A DNA stretch of 63,148 bases, the filler included, from Octopus bimaculoides (taxonomy: Eukaryota), in NCBI RefSeq assembly GCF_001194135.2. It is 7 parts of 7 records of this genome, joined end to end, with 100 filler letters (N's around TTAATTAATTAA, not from the genome) between each part and the next. Parts side by side here need not be neighbours in the genome. Positions count along the whole stretch, not along the records: positions 8,701 to 37,257 come from NC_069002.1; 6 more parts are not named here. One strand, written 5' to 3'. The position numbers and the translations under genes are program-made. This document shows, in pieces, positions 12,301-23,884 of this stretch. The notes under the pieces were generated by a model. That model was not told where the DNA came from, did no database searches, and was given only the letters and a program-made list of their open reading frames with translations. Numbering within the stretch: position 1 is the first letter of the stretch; each line of letters starts with the position of its first letter.

Positions 12301-14790
12301 NNNNNNNNNNNNNNNNNNNNNNNNNNNNNNNNNNNNNNNNNNNNNNNNNNNNNNNNNNNNNNNNNNNNNNNNNNNNNNNNNNNNNNNNNNNNNNNNNNNN
12401 NNNNNNNNNNNNNNNNNNNNNNNNNNNNNNNNNNNNNNNNNNNNNNNNNNNNNNNNNNNNNNNNNNNNNNNNNNNNNNNNNNNNNNNNNNNNNNNNNNNN
12501 NNNNNNNNNNNNNNNNNNNNNNNNNNNNNNNNNNNNNNNNNNNNNNNNNNNNNNNNNNNNNNNNNNNNNNNNNNNNNNNNNNNNNNNNNNNNNNNNNNNN
12601 NNNNNNNNNNNNNNNNNNNNNNNNNNNNNNNNNNNNNNNNNNNNNNNNNNNNNNNNNNNNNNNNNNNNNNNNNNNNNNNNNNNNNNNNNNNNNNNNNNNN
12701 NNNNNNNNNNNNNNNNNNNNNNNNNNNNNNNNNNNNNNNNNNNNNNNNNNNNNNNNNNNNNNNNNNNNNNNNNNNNNNNNNNNNNNNNNNNNNNNNNNNN
12801 NNNNNNNNNNNNNNNNNNNNNNNNNNNNNNNNNNNNNNNNNNNNNNNNNNNNNNNNNNNNNNNNNNNNNNNNNNNNNNNNNNNNNNNNNNNNNNNNNNNN
12901 NNNNNNNNNNNNNNNNNNNNNNNNNNNNNNNNNNNNNNNNNNNNNNNNNNNNNNNNNNNNNNNNNNNNNNNNNNGTTACGGGGACATAAACAAACCAGCA
13001 TTGGTTGTCAAGCAATGGCAGTGGGACAGACAGACACACACACACAACAAGCTTCTTTCAGTTTCCGTCTACCAAATCCATTCACAAGGCTTTTGGTTGA
13101 TCTGAGGCTATACTAGAAGACATTTGACCAAGATGCCACAACAGTAGGAATGAACCTGGAACCATGTGGTTGGGAAGCATGCTTCTTACCACACAGCCAC
13201 GCCTGCGCCTGTTTATACATGTAGTTTTGAATTAATCCTAGCTTCAAAATTTCAATGAATGTGATTGTCTATTTTTAGAATGACATTGCAGAGTATGTGT
13301 GAGAGGCTAAATCTGGCAGGTTTGAACATAAAACAGGTACAATATTTAGGCGGGATATGTGCTACTGGCATTCCATCGGTTAAAACAAGGGTTCCAGTTG
13401 CTCCGATCAACGGAACAGCCTGCTTGTAAAATTAACGTGCAAGTGGCTGAGCACTCCACAGACAACCATGTACCCTAAACATAGTTCTCAGGGAGATTCA
13501 GCGTTACACACAGTGTGACAAGGCTGGCCCTTTGAAATATAGGTACTTATCATTTTTTCCAGCTGAGTGAACTGGAGCAATGTGAAATAAAGTGTCTTGC
13601 TCAAGGACACAATGTGCCACCAGGAATTGAACTCATGACCTTNNNNNNNNNNATTTGGGCCAGACATGGCTGGTTTAAATGCTAAAAGGTTAAAGAACGA
13701 AAGGCAGTTTGAGGTGGGTTGGTATCAAAAGAGTTAAATACTGAAAGTCCCAGGTCAAATCAGTGTGACATTGTATGACAAATCATCCAGCAGGCTTCCA
13801 CACAGTTTCCACCAATGTAATAATTTCACTTGGACCTGAGGTGATGGTAAAAGAAACTTGTCCAAGATGACTTGAAGTGAGGCTGAACTTGGGACCTGAT
13901 GATCACCAAGCTAAGTTCTAACCACTCAACCAAGCCTACTTCCAATACAGTAAATAGAAATAGGACACACTTAGAAATATTTTGGCATAGAATTTCATGT
14001 CATTGGGTTAAAGTGCCTTTCATCCAGTGAAATGCAATACACAACTGCAGAATGGCATATAATTAAGATTGGTTTAATTAAGGTGTGGCATTGATTGTTG
14101 ACTTGAAAAGCCTCCAGAGTGCAAAGAACACACAACCACTGCAAATCCACGATGTCACCCACCAAACATAATTATCCTGAATAGGTGTTGAAAAGTTCCT
14201 GGCTTTAAGGATATGGCAAAATGTCTGGTTGGAAAACAGAAGGACTGTTGCAATAATTGAGTGAATTTCAGAGGGGAAGAATATGTTCAATAAAATCATA
14301 ATTAACTGAGCCTCCTGTATTTTTTTTAACCCAAAGCCAGGAACTTTTTAGCACCCTTTTGTGTGTGACTGTGTGTGTCTATATATACATACATACATAT
14401 ATATAATGAATAAATAAGTGATATAGATATCCACTTTATACAGCTCAACCAATTAGCGCTCTGATAGAGCTTCAGGAATATAAAATTAAGGAGAGAAGAT
14501 AAATTCAAAGGTCGATGTATATTCCATCCATATTAACGAAATTCTCAATGGTATACAAAATACATACTATATAAATCGACCTTTGAATTTGTCTTCTCTC
14601 CTTCTTAATTTTATATATATCAAACATAAATTAAAAACAGAACACAAAGGATAGCTTGAAATACGTGTACTGCGATATCCTTTGTGCTCTTGTTTTTAAT
14701 TTATGTTTGATATATTCTCTCACCTCTGCCACTATCTGGCATATACAGGTGCTTACACTTATCAAGTATTCCCTCTAAACTTACAGTACC

Positions 14791-14822
<32 letters not shown>

Positions 14823-14823
<1 letters not shown>

Positions 14824-15035
14824 GAGGGGCTGCTAGAAAGTTCCTGGCTTTAAGGGTATCACGGAAGGCCTGATTGGAAGCCCAGCCTTCCAAGCCCTTT
14901 TACAGGGCTTAGAAAAACTGAAGGGCTGCTGCAATAAGTGTGTAAATCCGAGAGGGGAATGTGTTGAATAAAATCATTAACTGATTCTCCAGTATTTTCT
15001 TTACCCAAAGCCAGGAACCTTTTATTACATCCTCG
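14823..15035. mobile_element. Mariner-derived MITE (further copies at 14184-14357 and 23284-23498)
   Basis: TIRs CGAGGGG.TGCT..AAAGTTCCTGGCTTT / AAAGCCAGGAAC.TT...CCTCG-TA. The interior keeps a transposase C-terminal remnant like GLEKL..RCNKCV.LRGE.VE. Confidence 0.78.
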
Positions 15036-15077
15036 TATATGTCAAAATTATATCAAATGGACAAAGAAGGTACTAAC

Positions 15078-15164
15078 CTAGCAGTTTCCTGTAACCTTTT
15101 TGTAAGCCGTGCGATTTGTTTGACTGGCTGATACAGTTTAACAATATATTTACCATTGATACGT
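15078..15164 (-). CDS. PDCD11: Probable RRP5/PDCD11 exon
   Basis: Very strong polypyrimidine acceptor (..tttctttctgttattttag|), donor |gttagt. 87 nt, phase 2->2. Reads RINGKYIVKLYQPVKQIARLTKRLQETA. Joins the next exon in phase, but needs an unseen 0->2 exon upstream. Confidence 0.68.
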
Positions 15165-16418
15165 CTAAAATAACAGAAAGAAAAAAAACAAAAAAAAAAA
15201 ACAAATGAATAAAACATTGAAAAAGTCATTTCATCTTTTAATAAAAACATATTGGATAATGTAGTCCTAGATATACTAAGTCAGAAAAAAAAAAAAAAAA
15301 AAAAAAAGACAAACAGGCTTCGAAAGATCTTTGGTCTATGGCTGGCCTGTGACTGAAAAACAACATCAACCATTAAGCTATAGCCAACACACAGGTACTA
15401 AACTCAAATCACTCAGTAGTTACCTGGACTGTAGACCACAGTGGTTTGTGGCCTACAGAATGAGTAAACCTCAGTCTCATTAACTGGAGCAGAGCTCTAA
15501 TTAATGAAACAAACTATTGTTCTCTTTCTTTTGCTAACAATTAACCAATGCCTCCTTTGCTATGATTCAGTAAAATTAAATGCACTGTATTTACATATGC
15601 ATATATATATATATATATANNNNNNNNNNNNNNNNNNNNNNNNNNNNNNNNNNNNNNNNNNNNNNNNNNNNNNNNNNNNNNNNNNNNNNNNNNNNNNNNN
15701 NNNNNNNNNNNNNNNNNNNNNNNNNNNNNNNNNNNNNNNNNNNNNNNNNNNNNNNNNNNNNNNNNNNNNNNNNNNNNNNNNNNNNNNNNNNNNNNNNNNN
15801 NNNNNNNNNNNNNNNNNNNNNNNNNNNNNNNNNNNNNNNNNNNNNNNNNNNNNNNNNNNNNNNNNNNNNNNNNNNNNNNNNNNNNNNNNNNNNNNNNNNN
15901 NNNNNNNNNNNNNNNNNNNNNNNNNNNNNNNNNNNNNNNNNNNNNNNNNNNNNNNNNNNNNNNNNNNNNNNNNNNNNNNNNNNNNNNNNNNNNNNNNNNN
16001 NNNNNNNNNNNNNNNNNNNNNNNNNNNNNNNNNNNNNNNNNNNNNNNNNNNNNNNNNNNNNNNNNNNNNNNNNNNNNNNNNNNNNNNNNNNNNNNNNNNN
16101 NNNNNNNNNNNNNNNNNNNNNNNNNNNNNNNNNNNNNNNNNNNNNNNNNNNNNNNNNNNNNNNNNNNNNNNNNNNNNNNNNNNNNNNNNNNNNNNNNNNN
16201 NNNNNNNNNNNNNNNNNNNNNNNNNNNNNNNNNNNNNNNNNNNNNNNNNNNNNNNNNNNNNNNNNNNNNNNNNNNNNNNNNNNNNNNNNNNNNNNNNNNN
16301 NNNNNNNNNNNNNNNNNNNNNNNNNNNNNNNNNNNNNNNNNNNNNNNNNNNNNNNNNNNNNNNNNNNNNNNNNNNNNNNNNNNNNNNNNNNNNNNNNNNN
16401 NNNNNNNNNNNNNNNNNN

Positions 16419-16524
<106 letters not shown>

Positions 16525-17057
16525 CCCTTCTACTAAAGGCACAAGGCCTGAAATTTTAAGAGAGGGGACTTGTTGATTACACTGACCCCAGTACTCAACT
16601 GGTACTTATTTTATCGACCCTGAAAGGATGAAAGGCAAAGTTGACCTCGGTGGAATTTGAACTCAGAACATAGCAGCAACAGGCGAAATATTGCTAAGCG
16701 CATTTCACTCGATGTGCTAACGATTCTGCAAGCTCGCCACCTTAACAACAACAAAAACAATTTCTTTAAATTTTACCACAATTTGTGGGGGAGGGGATTT
16801 GTTGATTACTGGCGTTAGGAAGGGCATCCAGCTGTAGAAACTTTGCCAGATCAGATTGGAGCCTTGTGCAGCCTCCTGGCTTGCCAATCCTCAGTTAAAT
16901 TGTCCAACCCATGCTAGCATGGAAAGCGGACGTTAAACGATGATGATGATGATGATGATCTCGACCCCAGTGCCTCAGACCATAAAGATGGATGAAATGC
17001 TGCTAAGCATTTGCCCGGTGTGCCAACGATTCTTTCAGCTTGCCACCTTTTATTATG

Positions 17058-17097
<40 letters not shown>

Positions 17098-17182
17098 TAA
17101 TAATAGCAGTTGTCATCATCATCATCAGCAATGATAAGCAAAGCTGTAAGATATCAATATTCATATACACACACAGAGACAC

Positions 17183-17257
<75 letters not shown>

Positions 17258-17516
17258 CAAGGTGCATTCCAGAAGTTTTGGGACTTTTCCAGGAGAGACA
17301 TTTATTTATTTCAAAGAAGCATAAAATTTTAATCTCCAAAGTTAACATGTCCAAGGACTCTTGTCACAGTTGGCAAGTCAGCTTATTAGATGTATAGTAC
17401 ATTACTATACATCTAATAAGCTGACTTCTGACATACTAAATTTACAATAATCTAAGACACTTATAACTGCCACTCCTAAAAAAAAAAAAAAAAGTCTCAA
17501 AACTTCCGGAATGCAC
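17258..17516. mobile_element. Tc1/mariner-type MITE containing a perfect 25-bp internal palindrome
   Basis: TIRs GTGCATTCCAGAAGTTTTGGGACTTTT / AAAAGTCTCAAAACTTCCGGAATGCAC. Confidence 0.72.
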
Positions 17517-17642
17517 AACAGGATTCCTCACAGTTTCTGTCTACCGAATTTGCTCACATGACATTGGTCAGCTCAGTGTTCTAGTAGAAGATACATGATA
17601 GATTGAACCTGAAATCATGTGATTCTGAAGTGAACTTCTAAA

Positions 17643-18040
17643 CCCTTTTCTTACCATATTTCAGTTGAAATCCACTGCTTTTGTTTCAATTAATTTTGGA
17701 AATAAGAAAGAATTTATTGATATTGGTTTGTCAGTCTTAACCCTTTAGTGTTCAGATTACTTTGTCAAATGTCATACTTGTTTATTCACATTGTTTTGAA
17801 TTAGTCATGCATTACTTTATAACTTTGAGATTTCAATGACATGATTGTTTATTTTTAGAATAATATTGTATGGTACGTGTGAGACACCATTAGAATATTT
17901 TAGCTTGATATGTCCAGTTTAATTATTAGTTTGGAACATAAATTAACGTTTTGATGGCTGGTTTTAATTTAGATCACTTTCAAACATGGAAATTGTATCA
18001 CAAAAGCAGGAGTGATCTCAGAAAGTTGGCAGCAAAAGGG
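17643..18040. mobile_element. piggyBac-type MITE with a second piggyBac-type MITE nested at about 17741-17915
   Basis: CCC...GGG termini with a TTAA 3' flank (18041-18044) and an inner TTAA|CCCTTTAG. Relatives at 10813-11215, 13215-13740, 29242-29463 and 29542-30144. Confidence 0.65.
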
Positions 18041-18328
18041 TTAACTATGCTGCCACCACCACCACCATCATCATTTAATGTCTGCTTTCTATGCTGGCAT
18101 GGGTTGGACGGTTTGACAGGAGCTGGCCAGTAGAAGACTACACCTGGCTACTGTGTCTGTTTCGGACATGGTTTTTACAGCTGGATGCCCTTTCTAACAT
18201 CAATCATCTCGCAGAATGGACCGAGTACCTAAATTATTCAGTTTTTACCAATTATTTCTTCTTTTTTTTTTTTTGCAAATGGTAAAACAAACATTAATTT
18301 GAATGAAAATTAAATAAATATATATTAC

Positions 18329-18442
18329 CATTTTCGGAGAAAGGTAAGCTAATTTTGCCTTTCCTTTCATCTTTAACAAAACTATAACAAACTCCTTTCG
18401 AACCAGCAGCACAAGTGACTTGAGTTTTTTATTCTTTGGAAT
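18329..18442 (-). CDS. PDCD11: RRP5/PDCD11 exon
   Basis: Acceptor ttgtttatttttag|, donor |gtaata. 114 nt, phase 0->0. Reads IPKNKKLKSLVLLVRKEFVIVLLKMKGKAKLAYLSPKM. Confidence 0.8.
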
Positions 18443-18604
18443 CTAAAAATAAACAATTTCAAATATTAATGTTCGAAACTAAATTAAAAGAATTAGTTTT
18501 AAGACCTCCACCACATTACCTGGTTTTGTAGAATAACAGAATTGAATACTGGAATGTGATGTTAAGACAAAGAAACAAACACATTCTCACACACATACAT
18601 CTTT

Positions 18605-18804
18605 CTATCTTTTATCTTTCACTTGTTTCAGTTATTTGACTGTGCCCATGCTGGGGTACCACCTTCAAGTGTTTAGTCAAAGAAATCAACTCAAGTACTT
18701 ATCATTTTTAAGTCTTGTACTTATTCTATCAGTCTCTTTTTGCCAAATCGTTAAGTTAAAGGGATGTGAACAAACCAACACTGGTTGTCAAGTGGTAGAG
18801 AAGG

Positions 18805-18854
<50 letters not shown>

Positions 18855-19005
18855 GACACACATACATGATGGGCTTGCATATGGCTTCTGTGAAGTGAAT
18901 TGGTGAGCCTGGGGCTGTACTAGAAGATATTTGCCCAGAGTGTCACACAGTGGGACTGAACCTGAAACCGTGTGGCTGCAATGTGAACTTCTTAACCACA
19001 CAGCC
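18605..19005 (-). mobile_element. SINE family A copy (CpG-decayed)
   Basis: Reverse complement of family A, with CG->TG/CA changes. Confidence 0.8.
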
Positions 19006-19347
19006 ATAAAGAATTATCAGTTATCATAATTACATAATAATAATAATCCGTTCTACCAAAGTCACAAGGCCTGAATTTTTTTTTCTTGTGCAGAACTCAT
19101 TGATTATATTAACCCCAGTGTTTTACTGGTACTTAATTTATTGACCCTAAAAAGATGAAAGGCAAAGTCGACCTCAGCAGAATTTGAACTCAGAACATAA
19201 AGACAGATGAAATGCTGCTAAGCATTTTGCCCGCGATGCTAACAATTCTGCCAGCTCACCACCATAATAATAATAATAATAATAATAACAAAAATACTGA
19301 CAACAATAAAAAAACAACACATATAAAAAGAAAGTCATTTACTGCAC

Positions 19348-19481
19348 CTCTTCTGGTTTCTTCTTCATTTTCATCACCTGTTTGACAACTACAGGAGATG
19401 CAGCCAGCTGGACAATTCCTTGCAAGAGATCCATATCTAATATAACAGCTGCAACTGTCATATCTTTTTTAACAGTGAGAC
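19348..19481 (-). CDS. PDCD11: RRP5/PDCD11 exon (donor position uncertain: 19348 or 19378)
   Basis: Acceptor tttttgttttcttgtag|, phase 1->0. Reads LTVKKDMTVAAVILDMDLLQGIVQLAASPVVVKQ[VMKMKKKPEE]; compare recalled RRP5 VVILNVDLLKLEVHVSL. Confidence 0.83.
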
Positions 19482-19659
19482 CTACAAGAAAACAAAAACC
19501 ATAAGGAAACTGTTTCGTAAAGAATCTACATCGTTGGTTACAACAATGAAGGTTCCAGCTGATCCCATCATCAGAACAGCCTGCTCATGAGATTAATGTG
19601 CAAGTGGCTGAGTAGTCCACAGACACGTGTATCCTTAATCTAGTCGTCAGGGAGCGCCA

Positions 19660-20082
19660 GGGCTTATTCTTTGGAAGCCTAGTACTTATTCTATCGGTTA
19701 CTTTTGNNNNNNNNNNNNNNNNNNNNNNNNNNNNNNNNNNNNNNNNNNNNNNNNNNNNNNNNNNNNNNNNNNNNNNNNNNNNNNNNNNNNNNNNNNNNNN
19801 NNNNNNNNNNNNNNNNNNNNNNNNNNNNCTAAGTTACGGTGACGTAAACACACCAGCATCGGTTGTCAAGCGATGTTGGGGGGGACAAACACAGACACAC
19901 ACACACATATATATATACGATGGGCTTCTTTCTGTTTCCGTCTACCAAATCTACTCAAAAGGCTTTGGTCGGCCCGAGGCTATAGTAGAAGACACTTGCC
20001 CAAGGTGCCACGCAGTGGGAATGAACCCGGAACCATGTGGTTGGTAAGCAAGCTACTTACCACACAGCCACTCCTGTGCCTA
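19660..20082 (-). mobile_element. SINE family A copy spanning a gap
   Basis: Reverse complement of family A. Confidence 0.8.
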
Positions 20083-20798
20083 TGGGTTGTATACTGTTTC
20101 TGAAATAATAAAGCTCATTTCCTGAGGTTGCTAATTTACTAAATTATGTTGAGAGGTATGTTCTTCATTGAGCAAACACTTGGCATTTGTAATCAGCTGA
20201 ATATAATGTTTCTTGATGAGAATGAAATCTATCTGAGACAGACAAACTTAAAATGGACACACAATAATTCAGATGAGCAATTATAGATAGGCAGGCTAGA
20301 TGGATAGACATCCAAGTAGATAGCCAGATTCATGAATAGACTTGCAAACAAATTGCTGGCTGAATAAATAGAGGGACAAGTAAACTTATGTATATACACC
20401 ATCATGATCATCATCACCTAATGTCCATTGTCCGTGGGTTAGATGGTTTAACCAGGGCTGGTAAGTTGAGGGACTGCACCAGACTTGTCTAATTTGGAAT
20501 GGTTTATACAACTGGATGCCCTTCCTAATGCTAACCACTCTGACAGTGTAATGGGTGCTATTACATGCCACTGGCGCAGGTGCTAGTTGCATGACACCAG
20601 CATCTGCCACGACTATAATTTCACTTGGCCTGATGGGGTCTTCTACTCAAGCATGGCAAATTGCCAAAGGTCTCGGTCATTTGTCACTGAAATCCCTATC
20701 TGATGTAAAATGTAAAAGACTAAATACCATGCAGTCTAACATTTATGAAACAAAGAATACCAGTAATACTTCTGTAAAAAAATATGGCTTAAACTTAC

Positions 20799-20933
20799 CT
20801 TTTCTATGGTGCGTGGCAATGAAACCTTTAGTGCCTGACTCCAATGTACAGTGCACACCTTCTTTAACCACTTCGGTAACAGTTACATGGCACAAATCCC
20901 CAGTGTGTAAATCTTCAAACAACCAAGGACAAT
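20799..20933 (-). CDS. PDCD11: RRP5/PDCD11 exon
   Basis: Acceptor tttttctcttatttctacctag|, donor |gtaagt. 135 nt, phase 1->1. Reads (D)CPWLFEDLHTGDLCHVTVTEVVKEGVHCTLESGTKGFIATHHRK(G). Confidence 0.88.
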
Positions 20934-21099
20934 CTAGGTAGAAATAAGAGAAAAATTAGATGTTATTAGCACCATCATCATGAATTCGCTATCTGCTTTT
21001 ACGTGCTGACACAGGTTAGGCAGGTCTAGTATATGACATGTACCATTAATCTAATCGCATGAAATTTAACACAAGTCAGACATGGAGCTTAGTGGGCAG

Positions 21100-21420
21100 A
21101 AGATATGAGGCTTCCTGCAGAAGATAGGTCTGGAACCCAAATAACTGAAGAATGCCATCAAAGAGATAGGCATGGCAGCTGAAACAAGCTCAAGGCGGCA
21201 ACGGTTGACAAGAGACCACAAATGGAATCCCACAATAGCCGAATGCTAGTTTAGTCCTCACTGCCCGGCTCAGACAAAGCATACAGGTTAAGGGATAAAA
21301 TGCTTGTGACTCTGAGATATCTGCCGACAGTACAGAAGGGTTTCCAGCATTACAATGAATTGAGAAGAGTTTGCACAACCTCTGAGTAGCTCCTGCACTT
21401 TCTGCATGAGGTAAAGCATC
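21100..21420 (+). mobile_element. HERO-like (RLE non-LTR) element 3' end
   Basis: FLQKIGLEPK*LKNAIKEIGMAAETSSRRQRLTRDHKW resembles the recalled HERO C-terminus (..IG.....K.AI..LG.AAE.AS.WLW). Confidence 0.45.
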
Positions 21421-21467
21421 TTCGATGTTTATTTTACCTATTTTTTTCTCTGTGTTTTTCTCTGTAT

Positions 21468-21504
21468 TCTTTCTGTTGAAGAGCGTAGCTCGAAACGTTA
21501 AAGA
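21468..21504 (+). ncRNA. Hammerhead-like motif, A6U core variant (second family)
   Basis: UCUUU-CUGUUGA-A-GAGC(GUA)GCUC-GAAAC-GUU-AAAGA, with perfect stems I and II. A CpG-decayed sister copy lies at 30530-30566 (-). Confidence 0.6.
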
Positions 21505-22237
21505 CTTTCTGTATCCCCGAGCATCAAACTAATACATCCTTTTGTTGTTTACACCACCTGTCCTCGTCTGTTGTCTTTTTTTTCATACATTCTCCCATAC
21601 ATATAGTGGTTAGTGGTTAAGGTGTTGCAGGATTGTGGGTTCGATTCCCAGACCAGGCCTTGCGTTGTGTTCTTGAGCAAAGTACTTCATTTCATGTTCC
21701 TCTGCAATCATTTTGACATCTGACACGTGGCACTTGTTACACCTGTACAGGTAATGTCGATCTGATGGAGGGATTAAGCTTATTTCTACACAAACATTTG
21801 ATCACTCTAAACAAATCATCTGTGTGTGGTTATTTGGTAAGAAATTGTCGAACCCTCATGTCATCTAATGATGGTTGAGTCCATCATATATATACTGAGA
21901 CCCCCTTTGGTCATGACTGACCGTGGGATTGCACCTAGAAAGTTACCCTCCCAGGCACAAGTCCAAGCAAGGTTGTTTATGGAAGACCAGCAGTCACCCA
22001 TGCATACGCCCCCCCTCTGCACACCATGGATGTTACCCAAGGGAAGGGCAAAGGCCGATACAGCTTAGCACCGGTGACCTCGCAACTCATTTCTACAGCT
22101 GAGTGAACTGGAGCAACGTGAAATAAAATGTCTTGCTCAAGAACACAACACGCAGCCCGGTCTGGGTTCTGAACTCACAACCTCACGATCGTAAGCCCGA
22201 TGCTCTAACCACTGAGCCATGTGCCTTCACTATCATA

Positions 22238-22302
<65 letters not shown>

Positions 22303-22447
22303 GAGAAAGAGAGAAAGTGAGCGGGGGTCACAAATTGGCTCTTAGGGAGTCATATAATTCTCAGATTAACATTCTTATGGAAGACCACAATCAATTAATA
22401 AAATACAAACTAGAGAAACAAAAAAAAAACTCCAAATCTACACTTAC

Positions 22448-22664
22448 CTTTCCTAGATTTTAGATGGTCTATAATGATATTTTTATCCTTAAAGTAATTG
22501 CGAAAGTAAGTTAGCTGAAAATCCGAGTCAATGTCAGTTTTTCTGAGTTTCAAGCTAACTCTGAATTGTCGCTTTTTCTGATTAATTCCACACACATGAG
22601 TGGAAACGGTCATGCCTTCTTTAAAATATTTGTGTAGATTTATGTCTGGATCTGCTGTTATATC
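22448..22664 (-). CDS. PDCD11: RRP5/PDCD11 exon
   Basis: Acceptor ccattttcag|, donor |gtaagt. 217 nt, phase 0->1. Reads DITADPDINLHKYFKEGMTVSTHVCGINQKKRQFRVSLKLRKTDIDSDFQLTYFRNYFKDKNIIIDHLKSRK. Confidence 0.9.
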
Positions 22665-22763
22665 CTGAAAATGGATTCAAAAACTCCATTTATTTGATTC
22701 AACCCAAAGAAAAAAGATTTTAGACATGAAATGAAACTGTTCAAGAAAAGCTGCAAGTAATAC

Positions 22764-23120
22764 CAGCCACATGGTTCCGGGTTCAGTCCCACTGTGCAGC
22801 ACCTTGTGTAAGTGTTGTCTACTATAGCCTTGAGCTGACCAAAGCCTTGTGAGTGGATTTGGTAGATGGAAACTGAAAGAAACCTGTGGCATATATATGT
22901 ATATACGTATGTGTGTGTTTCTGTGTCTGTGTTTGTCCCCCACCCCATCAATTGACAACCAATGTTGGTGTGTTTACGTCCCTGTAATTTAGTGGTTCGG
23001 CAGAAGACACCGATAGAATAAGTACCAGGCTTACAAAGATTAAGTCCAGAGGTCAATATGTTCGACTAAAAGGCGGTGCTCCAGCATGGCCTTAGTCAAA
23101 ATGACTGAAACAAGTAAGAG
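22764..23120 (+). mobile_element. SINE family A copy
   Basis: Forward family A head, body and tail. Confidence 0.82.
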
Positions 23121-23283
23121 AATATTGATGTAAGCTAAGTAAAATCATGGTTATCCATACATACAGGCATGTCCTTTACGGCCATGCCCCTCACTCCCTA
23201 TGCCAATGCCATGTAATAACCACCCAGGGTACTCTGTAAAATGGTTGGTGCTATATATAAGGGTGCATAAAGAAAGGTACATA

Positions 23284-23498
23284 CAAGGGGGTGCTGAAAA
23301 GTTCCTGGCTTTGGGTAAAAGAAAATACAGGATCAGTTAATTATGATTCTATCCAACATATTCCCCTCTCAGGTTCATATACTTATTGCAGCAGTCCACC
23401 ACAATTTTCTAAGCCCTGTAAAAGAATTTGGAAGGTTGGGCCTCCAACCAAGCCTTTTGCAATACCCATAAAGCCAGGAACTTTCCAGCACCCCCTCG
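23284..23498. mobile_element. Mariner-derived MITE, opposite orientation to 14823-15035
   Basis: Same TIRs and internal sequence, reverse-complemented; TA flanks. Confidence 0.78.
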
Positions 23499-23767
23499 TA
23501 TGTTTATATACATTATTAACAAATCTGAAAACTGAGAATGGTTAGTGATAGGAAGGAATCCAATCTGGCACGAAGCTGATAAATGTTCTGCCATTCTGCC
23601 ACATTGCTGTGGGCATAATTTAGTGAAAATTAACCTACGTTTAAACACTGCTGGAAAGCAAAGTTTTTCAACTGTTCCCCTTAACGACCAAATTATCCAC
23701 ACACACACTCATACATACAAAGCTATTAAAAGCAGCTGTAAAATGGTGATTATTGATGTCGCCTTAC

Positions 23768-23863
23768 CTTAGTGACTGCCAAACTGAGAAGACCTCCAGG
23801 AAATTCAACAAATACACCATAATCAACAACCGTTTTAACAATTCCAATCAAATTCTGACCAAC
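23768..23863 (-). CDS. PDCD11: RRP5/PDCD11 exon (S1 core)
   Basis: Acceptor tattttattatag|, donor |gtaagg. 96 nt, phase 0->0. Reads VGQNLIGIVKTVVDYGVFVEFPGGLLSLAVTK, a classic S1 G-x-V...YG-x-FV motif. Confidence 0.93.
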
Positions 23864-23884
23864 CTATAATAAAATATACAATGT

